Shown piece by piece: positions 8,706-17,843 of a stretch of 64,000 nucleotides of DNA. A program made the translations under genes and the position numbers. The notes under the pieces were generated by a model. The model saw only the letters and a list, made by a program, of their open reading frames with translations, was not told the origin of the DNA and ran no database searches. Every line of letters starts with the position of its first letter. Position 1 is the stretch's first letter. The stretch spans positions 9,688 through 73,687 of the forward strand of contig JBBSEU010000001.1 of NCBI GenBank assembly GCA_038239365.1. The letters run 5' to 3'. Source of the DNA: Aggregatilineales bacterium. Lineage in GTDB: Bacteria > Chloroflexota > Anaerolineae > Aggregatilineales > UBA2796.

Positions 8706-9798
8706 GACGAATCGGTTCCCTGTGGATAAGCTGCCGTAAACAATCCACATAACTTTCGGAGTTACGATACAGATCGCCGCGATTGCGTGCCGTGATGAGA
8801 TTATCATGCCAGGCGCGCTGCCGGAGCGCCAGATTGGTGATCGCTTCAACAGCCGCTTCCGCGACGGTTGCGGGTTCGATGTTGTCCAGAAGCAGACCCG
8901 TTTTGCGATGCTCGATCCAATAGCGATTGGCTGCATTATCCGGCACAATCGGCATGAGGCCGACGGACATAGCCTCTATCAGGGATGATGATACCCCATC
9001 GGAAGGTATCAGGCTGATATACAGATTATGTTGTGCCAGGATCGTGGGCAGTTGATCGTTCGGGACGAAACCCAGAAAACTGACATACTGCTGCACATCA
9101 AGCTGCTGTGCCAGCGCCATCAGATTAGCACGTTCCGGGCCATCCCCCGCAATGGTCAGATGTGCTTCAAAGCCGCGCTGCCGCAGGGTATGGATCACAC
9201 GGATCAGGCGGTCATTGTTGTAGCGCGCCTGCAAAGAGCGCGTACAGACAATGCGGATGGGTTCTCCCAAAACGGGCGGCGCACAGCGCGTTTTGGCAAA
9301 TTCCTCAACGGGAATACCCAGTGGAATAATAGCGATTCGGTCTTCTGCAACGCCTAACTGATGAATGGCATCCGCCATGTGAGGTGCCAGTGCCGTCGTC
9401 ATATCTGCGCGTGACAGATTAAACTGGATGACGCGTCGCATGATCGGGTTTTGGGGCGACACGAGAATGTCACTCCCGGCTGTCGATAGCACGAGCGGGC
9501 GGTAACCTGCTAAAGCCGCCAGCGTGCCATAACCAGTGATGTAATAGGCAATCACCATATCCGGCTTGATTTCTTGAATCTGGCGGCGTACATAGGGCAG
9601 CGCCGCCAGATATTGCAATTTCTGCAAACGCGGCGGTATCGGAATGGGGAGAGCCTGTGGGAGCTTGCTGCCGCCGCTGCGGAAGGAAAGCAGATGAAGT
9701 TCTGCCCCGGCTTTTTCCAGTGCTTTGTACCAGCGTTGCACGTCCACATGACCCGCATCGGCCAACCAGACGATTCGCAGCGGGCGTTTTTCATTCAT
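8686..9798 (-). CDS. Glycosyltransferase, GT4-like (GT-B fold)
   Basis: ORF track 8686..9828 (TTG), ATG at 9798 (MNEKRPLRIVWLADAG). C-terminal SDGVSSSLIEAMSVGLMPIV resembles the E-x7-E sugar-donor motif. Confidence 0.8.
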   Translation of the reverse strand: MNEKRPLRIVWLADAGHVDVQRWYKALEKAGAELHLLSFRSGGSKLPQALPIPIPPRLQKLQYLAALPYVRRQIQEIKPDMVIAYYITGYGTLAALAGYRPLVLSTAGSDILVSPQNPIMRRVIQFNLSRADMTTALAPHMADAIHQLGVAEDRIAIIPLGIPVEEFAKTRCAPPVLGEPIRIVCTRSLQARYNNDRLIRVIHTLRQRGFEAHLTIAGDGPERANLMALAQQLDVQQYVSFLGFVPNDQLPTILAQHNLYISLIPSDGVSSSLIEAMSVGLMPIVPDNAANRYWIEHRKTGLLLDNIEPATVAEAAVEAITNLALRQRAWHDNLITARNRGDLYRNSESYVDCLRQLIHREPIRHASATT

Positions 9799-9877
9799 AA
9801 ATTTGGCGCAGGAGACCCCCGTTTTCAAACCAGGGAGGAATGCGCGCTAGCTCCTTTCCGTATGATCAACATCCAGT

Positions 9878-11008
9878 TTAGGCGGGAAGCGTCGATTTCT
9901 TTTGAACTTCGCCCGTTTCCAGCAAATTCTGGTAAATCGTGCTAAAGGCTTCGGTGAAAACATCCAGGCTGTAGAGTTGTGAACGTTCTTTGCCCTTCTC
10001 ACCCATCTGCCGACGGAGTGTTTCATCGCCAAGCAGGGTGCAGATATGAGCGGCCATCGCGTCATCATCACCGATAGGGACAACGAAGCCCGTCACGCCG
10101 TTCAGAACCAGTTCGCGGCAGCCCCCACTATCGGTCACGACACAGGGCAGCCCGGAAGCCATCGCTTCGATGATGGCGTTGGGTGAGCCTTCCACGCGGG
10201 AAGTCAGGATAAACATACTCATCGCCTTGAGCAAATCAGGCACATCGCGGCGTTCACCAATAAGCTGAACGACATCCGTTACCCCCAACTCATCGCGCAA
10301 TGCTTCCACCACTGGCCGCAACGGCCCTTCCCCCACAAAAACAAAGCGCGCATCCGGGTACTTTTTGACCACTTGCGCTGCAACCCGGATGAAGTTTTCC
10401 GGGCTTTTGTTGTTGGTCAGGTGGGCAACCGTCCCGATAATCGGCTTACCGCGCCATGTTTCCGGCAGCGGCCAGTTACCGGTTACGCTGCCCAGAAACT
10501 TATTGATATCCAGTCCGTTGAACACAACCCCGGCTTGTTGAGGGCGTATCATGTGGTGTGCCAGCATGTAATCGCGGGCGATATAGGAATTGGCGATAAC
10601 GGCTTTCACATCACGATTTAAGAATGGCAGCAGATTTTGGTACCATTGTGGGTGATATGTCGGGTGATTGCCTTCGTTGACAATGAAGCGGGTGTTTCTT
10701 GCCAGCATCACAGCAAGTCTGCCGTACAGACCGCTAACGCTATCCAGAAACAAATGCGTGATGTCCGGCTTGAGTGTGCGGATCAGGTGGTGGACTTGCC
10801 GCAAACGCTGTACCTCAAGGCGATGGTGGCGCTCTAACTCGATAACCTGATAACCAAGCTGGCGGATCGGTTCAGCCCAGTAGCCACCGGGTGAGAAGGA
10901 GACAACAGTGGCGCGCGGGTGAAGGCGTGCCAACAGATGATAAAGCTGCTGTTCAGCGCCACCCCGATCCAGTTGTCCAATCAAGTAGAGTACGGAATAA
11001 TCATTCAT
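9878..11008 (-). CDS. Glycosyltransferase, GT4-like
   Basis: ATG start. LYLIGQLDRGGAEQQ N-terminus and SRVEGSPNAIIEAMASGLPCVVTDSGG (E-x7-E). Confidence 0.85.
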   Translation of the reverse strand: MNDYSVLYLIGQLDRGGAEQQLYHLLARLHPRATVVSFSPGGYWAEPIRQLGYQVIELERHHRLEVQRLRQVHHLIRTLKPDITHLFLDSVSGLYGRLAVMLARNTRFIVNEGNHPTYHPQWYQNLLPFLNRDVKAVIANSYIARDYMLAHHMIRPQQAGVVFNGLDINKFLGSVTGNWPLPETWRGKPIIGTVAHLTNNKSPENFIRVAAQVVKKYPDARFVFVGEGPLRPVVEALRDELGVTDVVQLIGERRDVPDLLKAMSMFILTSRVEGSPNAIIEAMASGLPCVVTDSGGCRELVLNGVTGFVVPIGDDDAMAAHICTLLGDETLRRQMGEKGKERSQLYSLDVFTEAFSTIYQNLLETGEVQKKSTLPA

Positions 11009-11109
11009 AGGTAAACCGTGTGGTCAATCCTTTTGTGTATACTATGTAGTCGGACGAGTAGATTTTCGACGAACCTTGCTCAGTTAGAACATTGCAAAAA
11101 GGGAGAAGC

Positions 11110-12174
11110 ATGCCCACCTATTCACCATCTCAGCGCGTGAACAGCTTCGATGCAGCGGACACGCCGCAGCAATTGCGTCAGGTTAGTGTCGTGATGCCAA
11201 TCCGCAACGAGGCAAATACGATCAGCCGCTGCCTTGAAGCCGTGTTGAACCAGGATTATCCCCATAGCGACATGGAAGTATTCGTCATTGACGGCATGTC
11301 TACCGATAATACCAGAGATATTATTGCCTCTGTCGCCAGTCGATACCCGGATGTGTCGGTGACGATTCTGGATAATCCGCGTCAAATTGTAGCACCGGGA
11401 CTGAATGCCGCCCTCGATCAAGTCAATGGCGACATCATTGTTCGCATTGATGGACATTGTGAAATCGATCCCGATTACATTTCGCGCTGCGTGGCCTACC
11501 TGCAAACAGGTGACATCGACGGTGTAGGGGGGCCTATCCAGACCATCGGAAAAACCCCCCTCAGCGAAACGATTGCGCTGGGGATGAGTTCCAAGTTTGG
11601 TGTCGGAGGTTCGGCCTTCCGCACCGTCACTGATAAGGCGATGATCGTTGACACCGTCGCTTTTCCGGCTTACACCCGCCGCATTGTTGAGCAAGCGGGC
11701 AAGTTCGATGAAGAATTGGTTCGCAACCAGGATGATGAGTACAACTACCGCATTCGCGCGCTGGGCGGCACGATATTTCTGGCTCCTGATATTCACTCCC
11801 GTTACCACAGTCGCGGTACGCTCCCTTCGTTGTGGCGGCAGTATTTCCAATATGGCTATTGGAAAGTGCGTGTCATGCAGAAACATCCACGACAGATGAG
11901 CCTTCGCCAGTTTGTGCCACCCACGTTCGTCGGTGTTTTGCTGGTGAGTGGTCTCCTGTCCCCGTTCAACCGAACGATGCGCCGTTTAGGTTTTGGCGTC
12001 GCGCTGCTGTATGCGGCGGCAAATCTTGGTGCCTCAATATGGACTGCGAATAAACATGGCCGCCAACATCTGGCGCGTTTGCCAGCCGTGTTCGCGGCAC
12101 TACACGTGAGCTATGGATTAGGATTTTTGGTGGGACTGGCTCGGTTTGCCAACCGCTGGCGGGAGCGGCGCTGA
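11110..12174 (+). CDS. Glycosyltransferase family 2 with C-terminal TM segments
   Basis: ORF track 11092..12174 (TTG), ATG at 11110 after GGGAG. VSVVMPIRNEANTISRCLEAVLNQDYP...VIDGMSTDNT is a GT-A/GT2 signature. One of only two plus-strand genes inside the glycan locus. Confidence 0.85.
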   Translation: MPTYSPSQRVNSFDAADTPQQLRQVSVVMPIRNEANTISRCLEAVLNQDYPHSDMEVFVIDGMSTDNTRDIIASVASRYPDVSVTILDNPRQIVAPGLNAALDQVNGDIIVRIDGHCEIDPDYISRCVAYLQTGDIDGVGGPIQTIGKTPLSETIALGMSSKFGVGGSAFRTVTDKAMIVDTVAFPAYTRRIVEQAGKFDEELVRNQDDEYNYRIRALGGTIFLAPDIHSRYHSRGTLPSLWRQYFQYGYWKVRVMQKHPRQMSLRQFVPPTFVGVLLVSGLLSPFNRTMRRLGFGVALLYAAANLGASIWTANKHGRQHLARLPAVFAALHVSYGLGFLVGLARFANRWRERR

Positions 12175-12798
12175 AGCCAGTCCGCTGTCTGTTTCAGATT
12201 TGAACAACGCTTTGACCGTTTGCGACAAGATGCCAATGTCGCGCCAGACGGTCACGTTGTTCAGATACTCCAGGTCAATGGCAAGTTTGGCGGGCAGAAT
12301 CGAATGGATATAGCGATCTTCCCAGTCGGGGCCGGTGAGGAGCGCCTCCTCATGTCGGAAGCGGACACTTGCCAGACTGGTAATGCCGGGGCGCACTTCC
12401 AACAGTTTGCGTTGTTCCGGCGTATACAGTGCCACATAGCGCAAATCCTCTGGACGCGGACCGACCAGACTCATGGTGCCTGTCAGCACATCAAACAGTT
12501 GGGGTAGTTCATCGAGTTTCGTCCGACGCAGAATGCGCCCCACCGACGTGATACGTGGATCGTGCGATTTTGTGATGCCAGCCCCGATTTTATCCGCATT
12601 CACAACCATCGTTCGGAACTTATGGACTTTAATTTTGGCCCCATGTAACCCGGCACGAGTCGCCGCGTACAAAATAGGGCCGGGTGCTGTCAACTTGATC
12701 GCCAGAGCGATAATCAGCAGCACAGGTGACAAAATGAGCAGCACAACGGCGCTGACCACAATATCGAAAGCGCGTTTCAGGAGTCGCGGACGTGGCAT
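12118..12798 (-). CDS. Small monotopic phosphoglycosyl transferase (bacterial sugar transferase, PglC/WbaP-C-like)
   Basis: ATG start. N-terminal re-entrant helix AVVLLILSPVLLIIALAI. Signature KFRTM...DELPQLFDVLTGTMSLVGPRPE. Confidence 0.9.
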   Translation of the reverse strand: MPRPRLLKRAFDIVVSAVVLLILSPVLLIIALAIKLTAPGPILYAATRAGLHGAKIKVHKFRTMVVNADKIGAGITKSHDPRITSVGRILRRTKLDELPQLFDVLTGTMSLVGPRPEDLRYVALYTPEQRKLLEVRPGITSLASVRFRHEEALLTGPDWEDRYIHSILPAKLAIDLEYLNNVTVWRDIGILSQTVKALFKSETDSGLASAPLPPAVGKPSQSHQKS

Positions 12799-12801
12799 TG
12801 C

Positions 12802-13989
12802 TTATCTCCTATACTGCTTCACAATATCCATTACCGCGGCCACCACATCATACACATCCTCGTCGGTCAGTTGTGTATTGAGCGGCAATGAGAAGCTGCG
12901 TAGATATTCCCGATACGAAATAGGGCATGTATCCGGCTGCCAGCCATATTTATCCCGATAGTAGGGGTGCAGATGCAATGGAATAAAATGCACGCTGCTG
13001 CCGATATTGCGCGTTTTCAGGTGTTCGATGAACTGGGCGCGATCAATGGTCAACTGATCGAGGTGCAGGCGCAAAATATACAGATGGTTGGCGTGTTCGA
13101 CGTTGGGGCGCTGTGTAGGCCGCTCAATCGCTTCGACATCGGCAAAGGCGGCATTGTAGAGGTCGACGATCTGCTTGCGGCGCATCTGTAGCTGGGTTAG
13201 CCGTTGAAGTTGGACAAGACCCATGGCGGCTTGAATATCGGTCATATTGTATTTGAAACCGGGCGCAACCACTTCGTAGTACCAGGAGCCTTCATTGCTG
13301 TATCGCTTCCAGGCGTCCCGATTCATCCCATGCAGACTAAACAAACGCGCCCTGTCCAGAAATTCGGGGCTGCCCGTCAGCATTCCACCTTCGGCAGTGG
13401 TCAGGTTTTTTGTGGCGTAAAAGCTGAAAGCAGTCGCATCGCCGATGGTTCCGATCTTTTTGCCGTTGTAGGAGGCAGGCAGCGAATGCGCCGCATCCTC
13501 AATAATCGACAGGTTGTGTTTCCGGGCTAAGTCCAGCAGCCCATCCATCATGGCGGGGTGACCCGCGAAGTGAACTGGCATGATCGCTTTGGTGCGCGGC
13601 GTGATCTTTTCCGCGACTTTTGCCGGATCGATAGTCATAATGTCGGCTTCGATGTCAGCCAGGACGGGCGTTGCGCCAACGTGTTCGATGACATTGGCCG
13701 TTGCACAAAAGGTAGTCGGCGTCGTAATCACTTCGTCGCCTGGGCCGATATTGAGTGCGGCCAGTGCCACATGCAGCCCACCGGTGCAGGAATTTAGCGC
13801 CAATGCGCCAGGGGCACCGATAAAGCTGGCAAACTCAGTCTCGAATTTCTTGGTTTTAGGTCCCGTAGTGATCCAGGATGAACGCAGCGTATCAACGACA
13901 GCCTCGATCTCGGCCTCAGTAATATCGGGCGGGGAAAACGGTAAAAATGTAGTGCGAGTCCGGTTGGAAAGCGATGTTGGAATGACCAT
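12802..13989 (-). CDS. DegT/DnrJ/EryC1/StrS-family sugar aminotransferase (PglE-like)
   Basis: ORF track 12802..14028 (TTG), ATG at 13989. DITEAEIEAVVDTLRSSWITTGPK and FSFYATKNLTTAEGGML (PLP-lysine region). Confidence 0.9.
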   Translation of the reverse strand: MVIPTSLSNRTRTTFLPFSPPDITEAEIEAVVDTLRSSWITTGPKTKKFETEFASFIGAPGALALNSCTGGLHVALAALNIGPGDEVITTPTTFCATANVIEHVGATPVLADIEADIMTIDPAKVAEKITPRTKAIMPVHFAGHPAMMDGLLDLARKHNLSIIEDAAHSLPASYNGKKIGTIGDATAFSFYATKNLTTAEGGMLTGSPEFLDRARLFSLHGMNRDAWKRYSNEGSWYYEVVAPGFKYNMTDIQAAMGLVQLQRLTQLQMRRKQIVDLYNAAFADVEAIERPTQRPNVEHANHLYILRLHLDQLTIDRAQFIEHLKTRNIGSSVHFIPLHLHPYYRDKYGWQPDTCPISYREYLRSFSLPLNTQLTDEDVYDVVAAVMDIVKQYRR

Positions 13990-14067
13990 TAGTGTTTGCG
14001 GTGATGCGCCTGCCGATGGGCAGCACAAACCGCGTTCTCCTTTCGTACAGATAACGGTAGTTAATTG

Positions 14068-15129
14068 TTAGCGGCCACGCAGGATGTCGGCAGCGGCTCT
14101 AAAGCGCCCCATGACCTGCTTAAGAGTCGGTCCCCAACGCTGGGGGACTATGAAATGCCGTGCCAAAAGCAGCGTATCGACACTCCATGCGTAGACAAAC
14201 CAAAATTTATCATGAAGGGTGTGCTGCGGCAGCGCCCGGCGGTGAATGGCATACTTGTTGTAAATCTCCATATAACCCAGCTTTGCATAGTTCGGGCGGC
14301 CTGCCGGATCATGGAAGTGCAGGACGTGTGCCGCACCTGCCAGCAGAAGTTTTCCTTTCTGGCGGGCACGAAGACTGAATTCCAGGTCTTCACCTAACCC
14401 ATAGCCATGAAAGTTCTCCAAAAAACCGATTTCGAGCGGGACGACAGTTTTCCACATCGCCACCCCGCCTTGCAGCCAATCGCCTTCGATGGCTGCCTCC
14501 GTCGGTTGCAGCGCATTCCAAGGGATCGAAATGCCAGAATGGTAATAGCGACCCGGTTGCAGGGCGGGCACCAAATATAGCAGACGCGCGATACGCCAAT
14601 AGAGCGTCATCATACGACTGTCGATCTGGTTTTCGATAAAAGCTGCTACTCCAACAACGTTATCACCTCCCGTGCGATGCACTTTTTCAAGAGTCGCCAG
14701 ACAGCCTGGCCGCAGGACAATATCATCATCAAAAAACGCAACCAGATCAGTGGAAACCCAGGTCAGAGCAAAATTGCGCTGGCGGGTTAAACCCCGTAAG
14801 GGTTCAGCTACACGCCAATAGATAAGCTGATGACTCAGTCGGTCAAGATCGGTTCGCTGCCGCAGACTTCGCTCCGTGCTGTCGTCGATACTGGCATCGA
14901 CGATGATGAGTTGATCAGGTCGCCGATCATGTTCACTCAGCGAATCCAGAAAACGGTTGAGGCTGGCCGCACGCATGTAGGTGCAAACGACAACCGCGCA
15001 GCCGGGAACGAGCGATTGAGGAGTTGGCGTCGTCCAATTAGAAGCCAATGGAGGCCGGGAAAAGCCGCTGAGGACGTTTTCAGGCATCGTATGTATTGCC
15101 GTTTGTGGCGCAGTCACGTTCTCAAGCAT
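14068..15129 (-). CDS. Glycosyltransferase family 2
   Basis: ORF track 14068..15195. ATG at 15129 gives an 8 nt ATGCTTGA overlap with the upstream stop. CAVVVCTYMRAASLNRFLDSLSE...LIIVDASIDDST and FFDDD (DxD). Confidence 0.8.
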   Translation of the reverse strand: MLENVTAPQTAIHTMPENVLSGFSRPPLASNWTTPTPQSLVPGCAVVVCTYMRAASLNRFLDSLSEHDRRPDQLIIVDASIDDSTERSLRQRTDLDRLSHQLIYWRVAEPLRGLTRQRNFALTWVSTDLVAFFDDDIVLRPGCLATLEKVHRTGGDNVVGVAAFIENQIDSRMMTLYWRIARLLYLVPALQPGRYYHSGISIPWNALQPTEAAIEGDWLQGGVAMWKTVVPLEIGFLENFHGYGLGEDLEFSLRARQKGKLLLAGAAHVLHFHDPAGRPNYAKLGYMEIYNKYAIHRRALPQHTLHDKFWFVYAWSVDTLLLARHFIVPQRWGPTLKQVMGRFRAAADILRGR

Positions 15130-16288
15130 TGGAAAGTGCCCTGTCAATTTGCGGTGGAGTGAGGCAGCTTTGATAAAAGCGTTCGTTGTCGGCAAGCAGC
15201 GTCGTTAGCGCGAAGTTTTGCCGGACGTGTGCCTGTCCTGCTTTGCCCAACTGATCAGCCAGATTTGGATTGCCCAAAATGCAGGTTATTGCCGACACGA
15301 TTTCATCTGGCTGATCAGGATCGATCAGTAACCCGGTTTTGTTGTCTTCGATCAATTCTGGCCCACTACAGCGCCGGGTATAAACCATTGGGCAGCCGCA
15401 GGCCATTGCCTCCAAGGGCACCAACGCAAAGGCCTCGGCATAAGACGGCAAAACGGCAAGTGCGGCTTCCTGATAGGCGCGGCGTAGTTCGCTCTGCGTG
15501 ATATGACCGTGAAAAACTACCGACTTTTGAGCGAGCGGCGTAAGCTGATCAAGCAGGTAAGCGCGCATCGACTGACGCGCTTCGGTGAAGCCATCTTTGC
15601 CGTAGATGTGCAATTCCGCGTCAGGCATTGCTGCCAACACCTGGGGCCAGGCTTGAACGAGTGCAATGATCCCCTTCTTTGCGGTCAGCGTTCCAGCAAA
15701 CACCACGCGATTTGTAGATCGTGTCACGGTATCCTGTTCAGAGATGAATTCGGCTGCATTGTAGAGAATCTGGCTGCACGGACGGCGGGGTTTCAATAGC
15801 TGCTGCGTTTTGCGGGCAGTATATTGACTGACAGAACACCATGCTTCGGCGCGGCCTAATGAGGCTTGTTCCAACCAGAAGGTGAGCCGGTCAGTTGGCT
15901 TTGCCAGTTCTACCGCGAAGTAGGTGGAGCAGCCATGCAGCCGAACGACCAACGGTACGGACAGCTTCGGCCAGAAAGCCGCCCATCCGTGCCAATCGGG
16001 GACTTCCACGAGATCGATCTCACCCTGCCGACTCCAGGCGGCGATAGTGCGATAGAGGCGATAGCGCGCTGAGACCCAACCCAGACGCGCACTGGAATGT
16101 CGCAGCCGCCAGACCTGAACCCCTTGATCCACTTCGTATTCGGCTTCTGGCGTGGTGGGGGCGTAAATCCCCACGACACGAACCTGGTGACCCGCCTGAA
16201 CCAGTGCCCGCCCGAAACGCTGAACGAAGCTGCCAATGCCGCCATGTGAGGATGGCGGATATTCGGAGCAGACAAAACACAGCCTCAT
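15122..16288 (-). CDS. Glycosyltransferase, GT4-like
   Basis: ATG start in an ATGA overlap with the upstream stop. MRLCFVCSEYPPSSHGGIGSF and SYAEAFALVPLEAMACGCPMVYT (E-x7-E). Confidence 0.85.
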   Translation of the reverse strand: MRLCFVCSEYPPSSHGGIGSFVQRFGRALVQAGHQVRVVGIYAPTTPEAEYEVDQGVQVWRLRHSSARLGWVSARYRLYRTIAAWSRQGEIDLVEVPDWHGWAAFWPKLSVPLVVRLHGCSTYFAVELAKPTDRLTFWLEQASLGRAEAWCSVSQYTARKTQQLLKPRRPCSQILYNAAEFISEQDTVTRSTNRVVFAGTLTAKKGIIALVQAWPQVLAAMPDAELHIYGKDGFTEARQSMRAYLLDQLTPLAQKSVVFHGHITQSELRRAYQEAALAVLPSYAEAFALVPLEAMACGCPMVYTRRCSGPELIEDNKTGLLIDPDQPDEIVSAITCILGNPNLADQLGKAGQAHVRQNFALTTLLADNERFYQSCLTPPQIDRALSNA

Positions 16289-17829
16289 CGTGCAGAGTTC
16301 ATTTCAAGGCTTGCGGTCTGCACGATTGGCGGCAGGGCGTTCGATGCAGCCGATGGCCTTATATCCACATGAACCAGGCGGGTGATTAGCCCGGCAATAC
16401 GTTCAGCCGTTTTGCCATCAACGAGGCCGCAGTCAGTGGCCGCCAGCTTTTCGCGTTGGTGCTGATCGCGTGTCCGATCCGCCACATAAGCGGTGACTTC
16501 GGTGACGAGTTGATCCATATTTTGTGCCAGCCGCACGCCGCCACTTTCGATGATCGGCGCGTAAAAGTCTGTTTCATAGGCCATGTGGCAAAAACGATCC
16601 TCTTTGCTGCCCGCTTCTAATGCAAATCCCACACAAACGGCGGGTGTGCCCACTGCCGCCGCATCAAGGCTCATGGTTGACCACATGTTGAGGCAAACAT
16701 CAGCATAGCGCAGACTGTTAACAAGCAATGCCTGTTCTTCGGCCTTGCTGAAATGCCAACTGCGCGTGGTCGGCTGGCTAACCACGAGGTTAGGCGCGTT
16801 CATCAGTTTTCCAGCCCACCGTTGATAATTGTCCTGGGGGTGAAGCCGGGTAACGATCATGTGGTTGCACAATTTCAGTGAACGTTTGCAACGCTGCGCG
16901 AATTCTGCGATCAAATCGGCCTCTGTCGGCGTTTGATGAAATGAATTGGCCGCATAGAGAACGTAACGAGTTCCCGGCGGCAAACCCAGCCGAGTGAGCG
17001 TTTCCTCGCGTGTCCAGCGAAATTCATCGCGCCCATGAAAGTCAAATTGTGGTGCCCCGGTGATGTGTACACGAGACTTAGCAACCTGGGGATGAAAGGT
17101 CAGCAGTTGATTTTGCATACGTTGATTCCAGACTGAGAAATCATCGCAGGGCGCAATTTGTGGCCGACTGGTGAGTGCATCAAAACTTTGGATACAGCCG
17201 AGCGTTGGAATACCCAGATCGCGGGCAGCCATAATATACGCTTCTTCAGCCCAGATAACGCAGCTTGTGGCGACAACCAGCGATGGACGCAATTGTTTCA
17301 GTTGTTCTCGCGCCTGCTCAAAATTCCATTGTTGGTACTTGGAATGTTGCAACGCCTCGTTTTGCCAGCCAAAGAAAGGATCGTGGCTGCCTACAATAGA
17401 AAGCGCCTGAGCCGCCTGATTCCGTATCTTTTCCCAGAGCGAAACATTGCGAAAATACCACCAGCGGGTGACCCGATCATTATTCAGGTGATAGCGCCGG
17501 AAGAAAGAAGCCCGCTGGATGGCACCCAACGTGGCGGCCCCGCGCTGCTGTCTCACCAGGGGTGGTGCGGTTAACACAGACCACCCTTCCACACCATCAT
17601 AGTCCTGATGTTCTAAAGGGTTAACCTTCGTATTCCGAAAAGCCGGAAGATAATTTTCCATCGTTTCGGGCGTTCCAATGAGCAAATGCGAACGGATGCC
17701 GTGTTGCCGTAAAAGTCGGGCTACTCCGGTATGCACCATATTTCGGATACCGAGATGTACCGGGCACAGGAATACCACAGGGCCAAGTGCTTTTGCATCC
17801 GTAGTAGTCGGTAGAGATTGAGAGTGCAT
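16285..17829 (-). CDS. Uncharacterised 514 aa protein, possibly a GT-B-like transferase
   Basis: Long ATG-initiated ORF, translationally coupled on both sides inside the glycan operon. No family motif I can name with confidence. C-terminal half (VLYAANSF...VTRLHPQD...MWSTMSLDAAAVGTPAVCVGF) resembles the nucleotide-sugar-binding half of GT-B/capsule transferases. Confidence 0.55.
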   Translation of the reverse strand: MHSQSLPTTTDAKALGPVVFLCPVHLGIRNMVHTGVARLLRQHGIRSHLLIGTPETMENYLPAFRNTKVNPLEHQDYDGVEGWSVLTAPPLVRQQRGAATLGAIQRASFFRRYHLNNDRVTRWWYFRNVSLWEKIRNQAAQALSIVGSHDPFFGWQNEALQHSKYQQWNFEQAREQLKQLRPSLVVATSCVIWAEEAYIMAARDLGIPTLGCIQSFDALTSRPQIAPCDDFSVWNQRMQNQLLTFHPQVAKSRVHITGAPQFDFHGRDEFRWTREETLTRLGLPPGTRYVLYAANSFHQTPTEADLIAEFAQRCKRSLKLCNHMIVTRLHPQDNYQRWAGKLMNAPNLVVSQPTTRSWHFSKAEEQALLVNSLRYADVCLNMWSTMSLDAAAVGTPAVCVGFALEAGSKEDRFCHMAYETDFYAPIIESGGVRLAQNMDQLVTEVTAYVADRTRDQHQREKLAATDCGLVDGKTAERIAGLITRLVHVDIRPSAASNALPPIVQTASLEMNSAR

Positions 17830-17843
17830 TTATCTTTTTCCTA

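Noticed and set aside
7212-8948. Long N-terminal extensions offered by the ORF track (for example 7212..8948, 28626..29912, 61699..62331, 24962..25783, 34581..35771)
   Set aside because: The extensions overlap upstream genes or intergenic promoters and have atypical composition. Internal starts restore canonical family N-termini (signal peptide, Rossmann start, TadE motif, IPARGGSKR).
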